Assembly: GCA_030697645.1 (NCBI GenBank) | Contig: JAUYPI010000018.1 | Location: forward strand, 10,457-74,456 | DNA from: a bacterium | GTDB taxonomy: Bacteria; Patescibacteriota; Minisyncoccia; Phycocordibacterales; VMGT01 | Direction of reading: 5' to 3' | DNA: 64,000 bases | In this document: positions 1 through 9,576 of the stretch, piece by piece | Numbering within the stretch: the first letter of the stretch is position 1 | How the letters are laid out: each line of letters opens with the position of its first letter | Position numbers and translations under genes: made by a program | The notes under the pieces: generated by a model | What the model was told of the DNA's origin: nothing | Databases searched by the model: none | Seen by the model: the letters and a program-made list of their open reading frames with translations, nothing else

Positions 1-74
1 CCCACCGCGAACGGCGTGAGAAAGATGGCGAGGAGCAGCTTCCCTATTTCTTTGAGCGCGCTGAGCAACGTCAT
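1..74 (-). CDS. Partial membrane protein running off the window (MTLLSALKEIGKLLLAIFLTPFAV...)
   Basis: ATG at 74-72 overlaps the sodX stop (ATGA coupling); hydrophobic N-terminus. Confidence 0.5.
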   Translation of the reverse strand, partial: MTLLSALKEIGKLLLAIFLTPFAV

Positions 75-379
75 ATTTGTACCGTATCACATGCACGTAA
101 AAATGCGCGCGCGAGTACGCCGTGGACAGCGTTACGCGGAACGGTATACGTCGCCTCGCTCCACGACAGCGTACTTGCGAGCACGAGCGTGTCGACATTC
201 TGCTCGGCGACGCGTTTGACGACATACAGTATGCACGATTCACCTATTGCCGCGCCCGAAACGACGACAAAATCACCCACACGCGCTCGCCGGAGCGACG
301 TGGCCCAGTAAGTTTTCCCGGGGACGAGGCAGGGCCAGCAGGAGAGACCGGAAACGCGGACTCGAAAAATTGGCAGCAT
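71..379 (-). CDS. sodX: S26-type peptidase, likely Ni-SOD maturation protease
   Basis: RVSGLSCWP.L.PG, GDFVVV and VVKRV motifs; directly downstream of sodN; the ORF extension upstream is a repeat. Confidence 0.7.
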   Translation of the reverse strand: MLPIFRVRVSGLSCWPCLVPGKTYWATSLRRARVGDFVVVSGAAIGESCILYVVKRVAEQNVDTLVLASTLSWSEATYTVPRNAVHGVLARAFLRACDTVQI

Positions 380-400
380 GCAGTATATATCCGTTACTCG

Positions 401-577
401 AATTTCCAAATTCCAAAAAACAAGCTCCAAACCAAATAAATTCCAAGCTCCAACCAACAAGCTCCAAACAAATTTCAAATTCCCATGCATCAAATCTCAA
501 ACACGCACGTCGTGTTTGGAAATTGGATTTTGAATATTGAGACTTGTTTGGAAATTGTTGGTTGGAAATTGGAGCTT
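401..577. repeat. Family B palindromic heptad-repeat element
   Basis: TTCCAAA/CTCCAAC arm, central AAACACG..CGTGTTT hairpin, TTGGAAA arm; near reverse complement of 57371-57510. Confidence 0.85.
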
Positions 578-646
578 ATGCGGGCTTCGACCATGGCGCT
601 GCATGTTGTTTACTGCTTGCCGCATACTGCTTGCTGCCAGGCCGTG

Positions 647-1117
647 TCAGTAAAGTGTATCAGTGATCGTTTTATACGCCTCATATTTCTCCGGCGCGCC
701 TTTAGTCTCGTAGAATATGCGCGCGATTTCGTCGACACCAGCGAGGAGCGCGACGGCATCTTCGGTGTGCGGATCTTGCTTGAGCTTCGAGGCGAGTTTT
801 ATGGTTTTCCAGAAAAGCTCATGGAGGTTCGGATATTTCTCAAGGTGCTCGGGTTTGAAGAAGTCTGACCAAAGGATTTCAAGTTCGCGCTTCACGAGCT
901 CGGCATGTTGCTCCTTGATCATAATGCGCCGCATGAGAGCGTTGTGATATGCGTTGATTGCGAGCATGTCGTTTTCATCTCCGGGCAGCGGCAGCGTATC
1001 GAGCTGCTCGACCATGCGCGCAACCGTTTTTGCGGCAATTTTCGCCGGTGTGGGATCGTAGATTCCGCACGGGATGTCACAGTGCGCCTCGGCGCGGATC
1101 GTGTGGATGAGTTTCAT
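647..1117 (-). CDS. sodN: Nickel superoxide dismutase precursor
   Basis: Ni-hook HCDIPCGIYDP after a short leader ending AEA. Confidence 0.95.
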   Translation of the reverse strand: MKLIHTIRAEAHCDIPCGIYDPTPAKIAAKTVARMVEQLDTLPLPGDENDMLAINAYHNALMRRIMIKEQHAELVKRELEILWSDFFKPEHLEKYPNLHELFWKTIKLASKLKQDPHTEDAVALLAGVDEIARIFYETKGAPEKYEAYKTITDTLY

Positions 1118-1251
1118 AGACGTTCTCACTAAAGTTACGCGAATAATGGTAAACGTAGTATAGCAAAGCCGAGCATGGCACGGAAGCCCGCGAGGAAGTG
1201 GACGTCGCTCTGCTGCGCGCGCAGCCGCGGCGAGATGCTATACTGCCTCTA

Positions 1252-2118
1252 ATGACGCCAGATTTTTTTGCCCACCACCAATATCGTGATTACGTGATTT
1301 ATACCGCGCTTGCAAGACGCGAGCGTAATCCGGAGTTCCGTCGGATTCTCGAGCTCCTGATTGGCCAGGAGTACACCGACTACGAGTTCTGGAAACAGTT
1401 TGCAACGCAAAAAGAGTTCCGCGTGCGGCGGCTTGATGTTGTGTTTTACCTGCTGCTGCGGCGGCTCTTCGGCCTCACGTTTACCGCGAAGTTTCTTGAG
1501 GGACGTGAGCGGCTTATGATCGAGCGCTACGAGCGCTACATCGCGGGAGTCAAAGATGCTGCGCTCCGAGTGCGGATGGAGGAGGTGCTCGCGCATGAGC
1601 GCGAGCACGAGCGGTACTTCATCAACCAGGTGAGGGAGGGAAAAGTGGAGTTCATGTCGAGTATCGTCTTGGGGCTTAATGACGGCCTGATCGAGCTCAC
1701 CGGTGCGCTCACCGGTTTCTCTTTTGCGCTTGGCACGACGCGCCTCGTTGCCGCGGCCGGGCTCATCACCGGCGTCGCGGCGTCGCTCTCTATGGCCGCA
1801 AGCGCATTCCTCCAGGCCGAGTTTGAGGCAGGGAAGCGGCCGCAGAGCGCCGCGCTCTACACCGGCGTCTCGTACCTCGCGGTCGTCGGCATCCTCGTCG
1901 CACCGTTTTTCTTTTTCGGCAGCGTTTTTTCGGCGCTCGCCCTGATGCTTACGAGCGCCGTCGCGATCATCGCCGCGGTGTCGTTTTACACCGCCGTGAT
2001 CTTCGGCCGCTCCTTCGCGCGCCAGCTCGGCACGATGCTTTTCTTCAGCCTCGGCGTTGCGGCAGTTGCATTCTCGATCGGGTTTCTTTTTCGTACACTC
2101 ACAGGCGTTACGGTATAA
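1252..2118 (+). CDS. Rubrerythrin/ferritin-like domain fused to VIT1/CCC1 transporter
   Basis: E..H motifs (HEREH); IVLGLNDGL and ASLSMAA VIT1 motifs; TGcTATACT 7 nt before ATG. Confidence 0.85.
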   Translation: MTPDFFAHHQYRDYVIYTALARRERNPEFRRILELLIGQEYTDYEFWKQFATQKEFRVRRLDVVFYLLLRRLFGLTFTAKFLEGRERLMIERYERYIAGVKDAALRVRMEEVLAHEREHERYFINQVREGKVEFMSSIVLGLNDGLIELTGALTGFSFALGTTRLVAAAGLITGVAASLSMAASAFLQAEFEAGKRPQSAALYTGVSYLAVVGILVAPFFFFGSVFSALALMLTSAVAIIAAVSFYTAVIFGRSFARQLGTMLFFSLGVAAVAFSIGFLFRTLTGVTV

Positions 2119-2184
2119 GGGTGGCAGTTTGCGAGCGTACCTTTCCCCTGCTCTAGTTTTCGTCGTGTTGGCTGCGGAATGTTG

Positions 2185-3135
2185 TTAGTTTTTGGCCGAG
2201 TCTTGAAACCAGCGAACTGTTCTTGCGAGGCCCTCTTTGAGCGGCGTGCGTGCTCTGAAGCCGAGGAGGCGTCGGGCTTTGTGTGTGTCCGCACGGGTGG
2301 CGCGGACATCGCCGATGCGCGGCGGTCGACGCTCGAGCTCGAGCGGCTTGCCAGTCGACCTCTCAATAAGCGAGTGCAGATCAGAGAGCGAGACGCTGGT
2401 GCCGCCTGCGACGTTGATTGCCATGCCGGAAAAAGGTTTTGCGGCGCGCATCGCGAGGATGTTTGCCTCGGCTACGTCGTCAACGTAGCAGAAGTCGCGT
2501 GACTGCCCCCCGTCGCCTTCAAGGTAGGGTGTTTTCGCGCCGTTTGTAAAGAGTGTTTCGAGCCATGCGGCAATGACGGTCGAGTACGGCGAGTCGCCGT
2601 GCTGCCCGGGGCCGTAGACGTTGAAATAGCGCAGGCAGACCGTGTCGAGTCCGTAGAGCTTGCTCCATTGTTGGCAGAGGAGCTCGCAGAGGTATTTTTG
2701 GAGCGCGTAGGGCGAGCGGGGGTTTGCGGGCGTGCTTTCCCTCGTCGGAAGTTGTGTCGTGTTGCCGTACACGGACGATGAGGAAGAGAATATGAAGCGT
2801 TTGACGTGGTGTTTTGCGGCTGCTTCAAGAAGCGCGATTGTGCCCAAGACATTGGTTTCCGCCGTTTCGTGCGGGTGCTCCACCGAATACGCGACGCGCG
2901 GGAGTGCCGCGAAGTGGAAGATATAGGAAGGGGAGTGGTTTCGAAACACACGCGCGAGAAGCTCGCGGTCGCAAATTGAACCGCGATAGAGCGTGGCGTC
3001 CTGAGGCACCACTTCAGCGCGGCCGTTTGAGAGATCGTCAATGCCGATAACTGGCACGCGTGGTCGTGCCCTCATGAAGCGCTTCGCGAAATTACTGCCG
3101 ATAAAGCCGGCGATGCCGGTGATGAGGATAGACAT
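2185..3135 (-). CDS. NAD-dependent nucleotide-sugar epimerase/dehydratase
   Basis: TGIAGFIG, SSSSVYG, YALQK, LRYFNVYGP. Confidence 0.92.
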   Translation of the reverse strand: MSILITGIAGFIGSNFAKRFMRARPRVPVIGIDDLSNGRAEVVPQDATLYRGSICDRELLARVFRNHSPSYIFHFAALPRVAYSVEHPHETAETNVLGTIALLEAAAKHHVKRFIFSSSSSVYGNTTQLPTRESTPANPRSPYALQKYLCELLCQQWSKLYGLDTVCLRYFNVYGPGQHGDSPYSTVIAAWLETLFTNGAKTPYLEGDGGQSRDFCYVDDVAEANILAMRAAKPFSGMAINVAGGTSVSLSDLHSLIERSTGKPLELERRPPRIGDVRATRADTHKARRLLGFRARTPLKEGLARTVRWFQDSAKN

Positions 3136-3155
3136 GGTTTACACAATGTTTACAC

Positions 3156-3253
3156 AATTTCCAATTTCTAACTTCTGATTTTTGAGTACGGACTTACCTC
3201 AATTCGAAATCAGAAATTAAAAATCCGAAGTTGCGTTAGCAAAATTCGAATTT
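3156..3253. repeat. Degenerate heptad-repeat element
   Basis: CAATTTC/TAACTTC arm facing GAAATCA/GAAATTA arm. Confidence 0.55.
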
Positions 3254-3270
3254 GCGTCAGCGGTTTGCAC

Positions 3271-3377
3271 AATTTTCAATTTTCAAGGGCCCAATTTTCA
3301 AACACGACCGTCGTCGTTATTGAGTCATTGACACATTAAAAATTGATTGAAAATTGCAAAATTGAAAATTGGAAATT
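3271..3377 (+). repeat. Family A heptad-repeat element (A1)
   Basis: AATTTTC arm - CAAACACGACCGTCGTCG - ATTGAGTCATTG - GAAAATT arm. Confidence 0.85.
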
Positions 3378-3384
3378 AAGTGAT

Positions 3385-4158
3385 TTAGGCATTGACGACA
3401 TCACTGCGTCCGGAGAAAAGCGAAGCGCGCACATTTGAGACTGTCCGGAGCTGCTCTGGCGTGTTGACGCCGAGGACTTCTTCGGGGAGCGCGGCGGGCA
3501 GGGCGAGAATAGAGCGGCCGCGCCCGGTGAGCACGCGCACGGCGTCAGTGAGATAATACTCGCCGTTTGCGCTGTTCGGCCGGAGGTTTTTGAGCGCAGA
3601 AAAGAGCGCTCGCGCACGATAGCAGTAGGCGCCCGCGTTGATCTCGCGGATCTCTCGCTCCTCCTCAGTCGCGCTTTTCTCTTCTTCAATCCGCACAACG
3701 CGGCCCGAGGCGTTCCGGACGATGCGGCCGTAGCCGGTTGGATTATCGAGGAGGGCGGTAAGAAGTGCTCCTGTCGCGCGTGCCTTTCGGTGCGCGACAA
3801 AAAGGCGCGCGAGGGTCTCGGAGCGGATAAGCGGCGTATCGCCGTAGCGGATGAGGACGTCACCGTCAAATCCTTTGAGGAGGCTCTCGGTAATGGAGAC
3901 CGCATGCCCAGTGCCGCGCTGTTCCTCCTGTCTTATAAACTCAATAGGAAGCTCCGAGTACGCACGCACGGCCCCGGCGACTGCCTCGGCCCGATAGCCG
4001 ACGACGAGAATGACGCGCTGGGGTGCGAGCGGCACAATGGCTTCGAGCACATGCGCGATCAATGGCTTGCCATCGAGTTCGTGGCAGACTTTCGGGATGT
4101 CGCCACCCATACGGGTACCTTTACCCGCCGCAAGGATTATTACTGCAAGGGAGCGCAT
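3385..4158 (-). CDS. GlmU-like uridyltransferase (N-terminal domain only)
   Basis: ILAAGKGTRM, GTGHAV, GYGRIVR, EINAGAY, GEYYLTD; no hexapeptide acetyltransferase domain. Confidence 0.88.
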   Translation of the reverse strand: MRSLAVIILAAGKGTRMGGDIPKVCHELDGKPLIAHVLEAIVPLAPQRVILVVGYRAEAVAGAVRAYSELPIEFIRQEEQRGTGHAVSITESLLKGFDGDVLIRYGDTPLIRSETLARLFVAHRKARATGALLTALLDNPTGYGRIVRNASGRVVRIEEEKSATEEEREIREINAGAYCYRARALFSALKNLRPNSANGEYYLTDAVRVLTGRGRSILALPAALPEEVLGVNTPEQLRTVSNVRASLFSGRSDVVNA

Positions 4159-4250
4159 AGAAAATATGCACTTTCTGTAACTTCGCACGCCTGTGCGACG
4201 CTACATGCCTGGGCGCTACTCTCGCGAGCCCGCGTGAGATACAATGCTTA

Positions 4251-4430
4251 GGCCCCGTCCATAAATACCTTCCCCATCTCGCACTCACTGCACGCCCTTA
4301 TCGAGCATCGTGCTCAATCGCGAAATCCTCATCGTATCTCGATACGTCTCGGATTCGCTCATTCCGCGCCAAGCTGCATCAGGCCATGCACTGAGCACGA
4401 TATTAGGGGAACTTATTTATGGACGGGGCC
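4251..4430. mobile_element. MITE with 17-bp TIR GGCCCCGTCCATAAATA and TTA target duplication
   Basis: TIRs at both ends; TTA at 4248-50 and 4431-33; inverted second copy at 60669-60845. Confidence 0.88.
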
Positions 4431-4436
4431 TTACTG

Positions 4437-5300
4437 ATGTTCGTCGGCTTTAAGAAAAATATTCGCTCCTACGCACTCGTGGCGCTTTTTGCCGTGACCG
4501 TCTTTGTCTGGTACGCCGCGCTCCGCGAGGAGCGCGGCGGCGTGCTCTCCGTGGCATTCCTCGACGTAGGGCAGGGCGACGCGGCCCTGATTGAGAGCCC
4601 GACTGGCCGCCAGGTGCTCATTGACGGCGGGCCGGGGAGGAGCGTGCTCCGCGCCTTGGGGCGCACTATGCCTTTCTTCGACCGCTCGATTGACGTCGTA
4701 ATTGCAACGCACCCAGACCAGGACCACATCGGCGGGCTGCCGGAGGTGCTTGCGCGCTATCGCGTTTCGCATATCCTCGAGCCGGGCGTCGCTGCGGACA
4801 CGGCCGTGTACGGTGCGTTTGCAGAGAGCGTCCGAATCGAGGGTGCGGAACACATACTCGCACGGCGCGGGCAGAAAATCGAGCTTGGCGGCGGGGCGTA
4901 CCTCGACATTCTCTTCCCGGACCGCGACGCAGGCGGCCTCGAGACGAATACCGCCTCTGTCGTTCTAAAGCTCACCTATGGCGCGACCTCATTCCTCCTC
5001 ACCGGCGACTCGCCGAAGCAAATCGAGGAATACCTCGCGGCGCTCGACGGCGAAGCGCTCGACGTTGACGTCCTAAAGGCCGGGCACCATGGCTCGAAGA
5101 CGTCGACGTCAGACTACCTCCTCGGCCTTGCCTCGCCTGCCTATGCCGTGATCTCGGCCGGGCATGACAACCGCTACGGCCATCCGCACCGGGAGGTGCT
5201 CGACGCACTGGCACGTTTCGGAGTCAAGCCCCTCGGCACGTATGAGCGAGGCACCATCATTTTTGAGAGCGACGGCAGGGAGGTGCGGCTGAAGAAATAG
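4437..5300 (+). CDS. ComEC/Rec2-type metallo-beta-lactamase-fold protein
   Basis: FLDVGQGD, THPDQDHIGG, LLTGD, KAGHHGS, NRYGHP. Confidence 0.9.
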   Translation: MFVGFKKNIRSYALVALFAVTVFVWYAALREERGGVLSVAFLDVGQGDAALIESPTGRQVLIDGGPGRSVLRALGRTMPFFDRSIDVVIATHPDQDHIGGLPEVLARYRVSHILEPGVAADTAVYGAFAESVRIEGAEHILARRGQKIELGGGAYLDILFPDRDAGGLETNTASVVLKLTYGATSFLLTGDSPKQIEEYLAALDGEALDVDVLKAGHHGSKTSTSDYLLGLASPAYAVISAGHDNRYGHPHREVLDALARFGVKPLGTYERGTIIFESDGREVRLKK

Positions 5301-5381
5301 GGGCGAGAGAACGATTGACATATATTAAAGTGCGTGCTACACCTGACATAGGGGTTTTTCGATAGCCACGCCACCTTACAT

Positions 5382-5813
5382 GTGGAGGAATCATCGATGA
5401 CGTTTTATGTTGTCAGACAGTATGGTGGTTCAGAACGTCGCCTCCAGGGAGTTTTGGTCGTTAGAAAATCAGAGTATTTTGTTATGGAGGCTTTGATCTC
5501 TGAGTGTCATGATACGCGCTTAAAACGCGTAAAAGAAGGACCTATCGCTGATCGAGCGCATGCTATCGAATTTGATTTAGGGCCTGAACGCGACTTTATT
5601 CCTCCTGCACTTCAGGAAGTATTACGACGTGCTGTCGACGACGGGTGTATGTTGAAATGGATGGTGGTCGACGAAAATCCTAGATTATTTTTCAGTCGTT
5701 GGGATGGGCGTTACAGTACCGAACGCGCCTTTACCGAATGGGAGGAGGTAGGAAAACAAGATGGAGGGCTAGAGGTCGTTCGAGATTATGCAGAAGAGGT
5801 TTCTCGATCGTAA
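5382..5813 (+). CDS. Hypothetical protein
   Basis: ORF after a TTGACA..TACACC promoter-like sequence, followed by a terminator hairpin. Confidence 0.55.
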   Translation: MEESSMTFYVVRQYGGSERRLQGVLVVRKSEYFVMEALISECHDTRLKRVKEGPIADRAHAIEFDLGPERDFIPPALQEVLRRAVDDGCMLKWMVVDENPRLFFSRWDGRYSTERAFTEWEEVGKQDGGLEVVRDYAEEVSRS

Positions 5814-5834
5814 ACCGTAGAAAGCCTGCCGTAT

Positions 5835-5877
5835 CCCTGTGCTCGTGTTTGTCTCACGAGCACAGGGCTTATTTTTT
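5835..5877 (+). terminator. Intrinsic terminator
   Basis: CCCTGTGCTCGTG / CACGAGCACAGGG stem followed by a T-rich run. Confidence 0.65.
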
Positions 5878-5948
5878 CATGCTTCAATTTGCTAATCAGC
5901 GAGGATTTTGGTTTGATAAAGCACAATGCATACCTCTCTGGTGTGCGC

Positions 5949-6023
5949 GCGAGCGTAGTTCAGTGGTAGAACGCTGACCTGATAAGTCAGAGGTCGAAGG
6001 TTCGATTCCTTCCGCTCGCACCA
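5949..6023 (+). tRNA. tRNA-Ile(GAT)
   Basis: GCGAGCG/CGCTCGC acceptor, CTGAC-CTGATAA-GTCAG anticodon arm, encoded CCA. Confidence 0.95.
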
Positions 6024-6043
6024 GATAGGAAAAGTCAAAGCAT

Positions 6044-6933
6044 TTCGGAAAGGCGGCGGAGCCGCACCGCTCAAAACCGCAAAAGAACCTGGAGAAAAAC
6101 ATCGGCTCGCCTGCCCGCCTCTGGAGGGAACCATATTTTAATTTTGGGGGAAGAAAATTTTTTAATCCTATGAATAAGAAGGTTACTTTTTTTATAGGTT
6201 TATTAGGATATATATTCGCGGGAATAATAGCGCGATTAGTTTTTAGTAAATCTTCTTTTTATCCAGGGTTAGGATTACAGACTGCCGACTACTCAATTGC
6301 CAATTTAGCTTTTCTATCAATTATTCCCGCGATAATTTTTGTATTGTTTTTTTTCATTTTTCATTATCTATTTAAAGATAGAGAAAATATTATTTTAAAG
6401 TCAAGCGGTTTTATTTTAGTATTTTCTTCTATCTCAATTTATATATGGCGTACACTTTTAGTTTTTGGAATAGGTAGTAATGATCTTCCTATCGATCCAA
6501 TAATAGGATTATTGGGATTTGTTGGAACGCTTACGACATTTATTTATCTCTCCTATCATTCTCTCCGTCTTTATAAAAGTAGCAGCCGTTTATGGGTAGC
6601 CGAACTGATTGCATCAATAGTTGTTTTAGTATCAGGGACTATTTTTAGTGCTTCTGAGTTGTCATATGTAGGTCTAGTCTTACTACCTGCGAGCCTCGTA
6701 TTTTTCCTATTTTCTTTTTTCACCCTACTTATTAAATCATGGAGAGAAACACATAAGTCATCATTTTTCTTCTCTATTCTTGGTCTACTCGTCATAATTT
6801 TCTCAACAGGGCTAGTTTTTGTCATTAAAGTACTTTCCGAATGTTGCCACTGATTATTAACAACTTTTAAGATGGGTCGCCGCCAAAGAAAAATTGGAAA
6901 TTGTTATCGGTGCGGCTCCGCCGCCTTTCCGAA
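6044..6933. repeat. Perfect 26-bp inverted repeats (6044-6069, 6908-6933) flanking an AT-rich gene
   Basis: TTCGGAAAGGCGGCGGAGCCGCACCG and its exact reverse complement. Confidence 0.85.
6170..6853 (+). CDS. Multi-pass membrane protein in an AT-rich cassette
   Basis: About 7 hydrophobic segments; far more AT-rich than neighbours. Confidence 0.75.
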   Translation: MNKKVTFFIGLLGYIFAGIIARLVFSKSSFYPGLGLQTADYSIANLAFLSIIPAIIFVLFFFIFHYLFKDRENIILKSSGFILVFSSISIYIWRTLLVFGIGSNDLPIDPIIGLLGFVGTLTTFIYLSYHSLRLYKSSSRLWVAELIASIVVLVSGTIFSASELSYVGLVLLPASLVFFLFSFFTLLIKSWRETHKSSFFFSILGLLVIIFSTGLVFVIKVLSECCH

Positions 6934-6998
6934 TTTTCGCGGGGGGATTTCTTCGCCGCCGCAGGCGGCGAAATGCGTTCGGACTAATTTAAGTAAGA

Positions 6999-7598
6999 AT
7001 GCTGCATGACGTTGTTATGCTTGCTACGATTTTAAAATCGAAAAAACGCTGTTCGTGGGTTGGAAATGATCTGCCGATGCAGCAATATCACGATGAGGAA
7101 TGGGGCGTGCCTACCTACGATGACCTGAGGGCATTTGAATTTCTTGTACTTGAAAGTGCCCAGGCAGGATTAAGTTGGCGCACAGTTCTCCACAAAAGAG
7201 AAAACTATCGAAAAGCATTTGCAAACTTTGATCCACAAAGAGTTTCTCGTTTTTCGAGTCGTGATGTTGCGCGATTGTTAAAAAACTCTGGCATTATTAG
7301 AAACAATGCAAAAATTAATGCAGCCATTAATAATGCACATCGGTTTGTTGAAGTACAGGAAGAGTTCGACTCCTTTACGGCATATTCATGGGGGTTTGTT
7401 CATAACGAACCAATAAGACACTCTATTCGAGGAATAGCTGATTATCCAACGATAAGCGCTGAATCAGTTGCGTTTGCTGCCGATCTGAAAAATCGCGGAT
7501 TCAAATTTCTCGGCCCGACGATCATGTATGCTCACATGCAAGCCGTCGGCATGGTGAATGATCACATGATAGGATGTTTTCGTCGCACACGCGTATAA
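6999..7598 (+). CDS. tag: DNA-3-methyladenine glycosylase I
   Basis: RCSW, YHDEEWGVP, LESAQAGLSW, GMVNDH...C. Confidence 0.95.
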   Translation: MLHDVVMLATILKSKKRCSWVGNDLPMQQYHDEEWGVPTYDDLRAFEFLVLESAQAGLSWRTVLHKRENYRKAFANFDPQRVSRFSSRDVARLLKNSGIIRNNAKINAAINNAHRFVEVQEEFDSFTAYSWGFVHNEPIRHSIRGIADYPTISAESVAFAADLKNRGFKFLGPTIMYAHMQAVGMVNDHMIGCFRRTRV

Positions 7599-7795
7599 TT
7601 CGACTACCATCTTCTTTCGGCGACGGTAGCCGAGTACGATGTCGTTTTATGAAAGGCGAGTATGTACAAGAGAAAGCGCGACCGCGGTCGGCACGGAGGC
7701 CGCCGCGGCTCGAGTGGAAAGTCGCGCGACGCGGCTCACGGCCGGTGCGGAAAGCACGTGCAATAGAGACGAAGTAGCGGCGGCAGTCGTGCACA

Positions 7796-8149
7796 CTACA
7801 TGCCGAGCGCGCGACGAATGCGCGTGTCGACTTCGGCCATATCGGCACTGCTTAGTCTGCCTGGCGCATAGCGTACCAAGCGCGGATCGAGCGTTGCCAG
7901 TTTCGCGCGGACCCACGACGGTGCAAGGAGGTTTGCCTGTCGCCAGTCTTTGAGCGCGTAATCGAACCGCGTGGCATGCCGCATTGAGGTAATCATGGCA
8001 ACCGTGAGATCGTCAGTTGCGTGTGTGAACGCAGACACGCTCACCACCACAGCGGGCCGTGTTTTGGCGGTCGAGAGGTCGCTAAAGGGGAAGGGGATGA
8101 GGACGACATCACCTCTGCGGTACATCGTAGATTTTTTGCCAGTTGTCAT
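7796..8149 (-). CDS. PemK/MazF-family toxin
   Basis: RGDVVLIPFPFSD...KTRPAVVVS; start may be 8125. Confidence 0.88.
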   Translation of the reverse strand: MTTGKKSTMYRRGDVVLIPFPFSDLSTAKTRPAVVVSVSAFTHATDDLTVAMITSMRHATRFDYALKDWRQANLLAPSWVRAKLATLDPRLVRYAPGRLSSADMAEVDTRIRRALGM

Positions 8150-8357
8150 AGAGGGCGTCCTGTGGATTGTCCCAGTCGGCAGCGAAACTCGTCGCGGCGA
8201 GCGAACTCCACGCGGTGTCGTTCGCTACCGGGACTGTGTGTAGGCGATCGTCTGACGTGCGATTGCGGCGGAGCAAGCGCACCACTCGATGAACGAGCCG
8301 TACTTGATCAGAGCGGAGATCGCGGACGTCTATTGTATTGTGCGTGGTCGTTTGCAT
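8109..8357 (-). CDS. Probable antitoxin for the PemK/MazF toxin
   Basis: Small ORF overlapping the toxin start; C-terminal WDNPQDALYD motif. Confidence 0.7.
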   Translation of the reverse strand: MQTTTHNTIDVRDLRSDQVRLVHRVVRLLRRNRTSDDRLHTVPVANDTAWSSLAATSFAADWDNPQDALYDNWQKIYDVPQR

Positions 8358-8425
8358 AACATGCGCATATCATAGCAAACGATTGGGAAAGGGCAACACG
8401 CAGGCGCGTACGCCGACTCGGCAGT

Positions 8426-9289
8426 TCAGGGCAGTTCAAGCATCGCGACGAATTTTTCGATTGGCACGCTTGCGCCGGAGGCATTGCGGTGCCCGCCGCC
8501 GCCGAGGAGAGTGGCGAGATCGAGCGCTGACGGGTTCTGCCCATCGGCGCTCCTCACGCTAAAATTGACGACCGCCCCTTTGAAGCGAAAAATGGCGACC
8601 GCGGAGTCGTGTTTTTTCGAGAGCGCATGCCCGAGCTCGGATTCAAAGTAGGGCGAATTGTAGCCCGGTACACGGTGCTCTCCTACACGGAGCCATGTCG
8701 GATCGCGGCCCTCGGCAAAGTGCGAGATCAGGGTGTCGGCGTAGCGGGTCATGTGCTCTCCGGCCGCAATAAACGGCTCGAGATTGCCACCGAGGAGCTC
8801 AAGTACGCGCTTGGGCTGGTTCATGAGCGTCGAGAGGTGCATCAGAAGATGGCGCGTGCGTTGTCCGAAGCTAAAGCGCCAGAGGTCATTATCTTCGACG
8901 AGCGTGATGAGTTCCGTCACGGGCTTCTCGGGAAAAAAGTGGTGCCACGCGAGGGAGGCACCGGAGCGTTCGTTATCAAAGACGAAAGTGAAGTTTTCGT
9001 GTTCGCGCGCGAGCTGCTCGAGGGTCTCTTTAATGCCGATGTGGTGATCAATCGTGACGACGCTTTTTGCATGTGCGAGAAGCTCCTGCACGCCGACCGC
9101 AATGTCAACGGTGTAGACTTCTGTGTCTGCGCTGACACGCCCGAGGAGGTTCTCGAGCTCGGAGTGTGAAATGTCGTGGCCCACCGGATGGAGCTCGATG
9201 TGCGGAAATTTTTTGAGCAGCACCGCGGCGGCCGCAGTGCCGTCCGTGCAGTCTTTGTGATAGAGGCCGATAGTGTGAGGGTGGTGCAT
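8426..9289 (-). CDS. DHH/DHHA1 phosphoesterase (nanoRNase-like)
   Basis: YHKDCTDG, IDHH, SGASLAW, GGGGHRNASG. Confidence 0.88.
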   Translation of the reverse strand: MHHPHTIGLYHKDCTDGTAAAAVLLKKFPHIELHPVGHDISHSELENLLGRVSADTEVYTVDIAVGVQELLAHAKSVVTIDHHIGIKETLEQLAREHENFTFVFDNERSGASLAWHHFFPEKPVTELITLVEDNDLWRFSFGQRTRHLLMHLSTLMNQPKRVLELLGGNLEPFIAAGEHMTRYADTLISHFAEGRDPTWLRVGEHRVPGYNSPYFESELGHALSKKHDSAVAIFRFKGAVVNFSVRSADGQNPSALDLATLLGGGGHRNASGASVPIEKFVAMLELP

Positions 9290-9296
9290 ATAAGCA

Positions 9297-9482
9297 AAAT
9301 TCGAAATCCGAAACAAATCGAATTTCCAAGCAACCAATTTCCAAATTTTCAAATCTCAAACACGAACAACGTTCGGGTTTAGAAATTGGAGCTTTGAGAT
9401 TTGGAAATTGTCTTCCAAATTGATTCCTTGGAGCTTGGAAATTCGGGCATTGCCTGTATTTTGTGCTTCGATATTCGGATTT
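9297..9482. repeat. Family B-like composite heptad-repeat element
   Basis: TCGAAAT/TTCCAAA arms with core CTCAAACACGAACAACGTTCGGGTTTAG. Confidence 0.75.
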
Positions 9483-9576
9483 AGTGGGCTGAGGCATCGG
9501 ACGCCCCACAATTTTGTTGTTCAGCGCAAAAAGTGCCAACTAAAACGAATTTTGCTAGAGTATAGCATAGTCTTTC

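Noticed and set aside
247-540. ORFs containing INSKLQPTSSKQISN, also at 57318-57557 and around 31489
   Set aside because: They are translations of the Family B repeat, not genes.
3137-3158. GTTTACACAAT tandem duplication before the epimerase start
   Set aside because: Only two copies; may be a repeat-insertion scar but cannot be interpreted alone.
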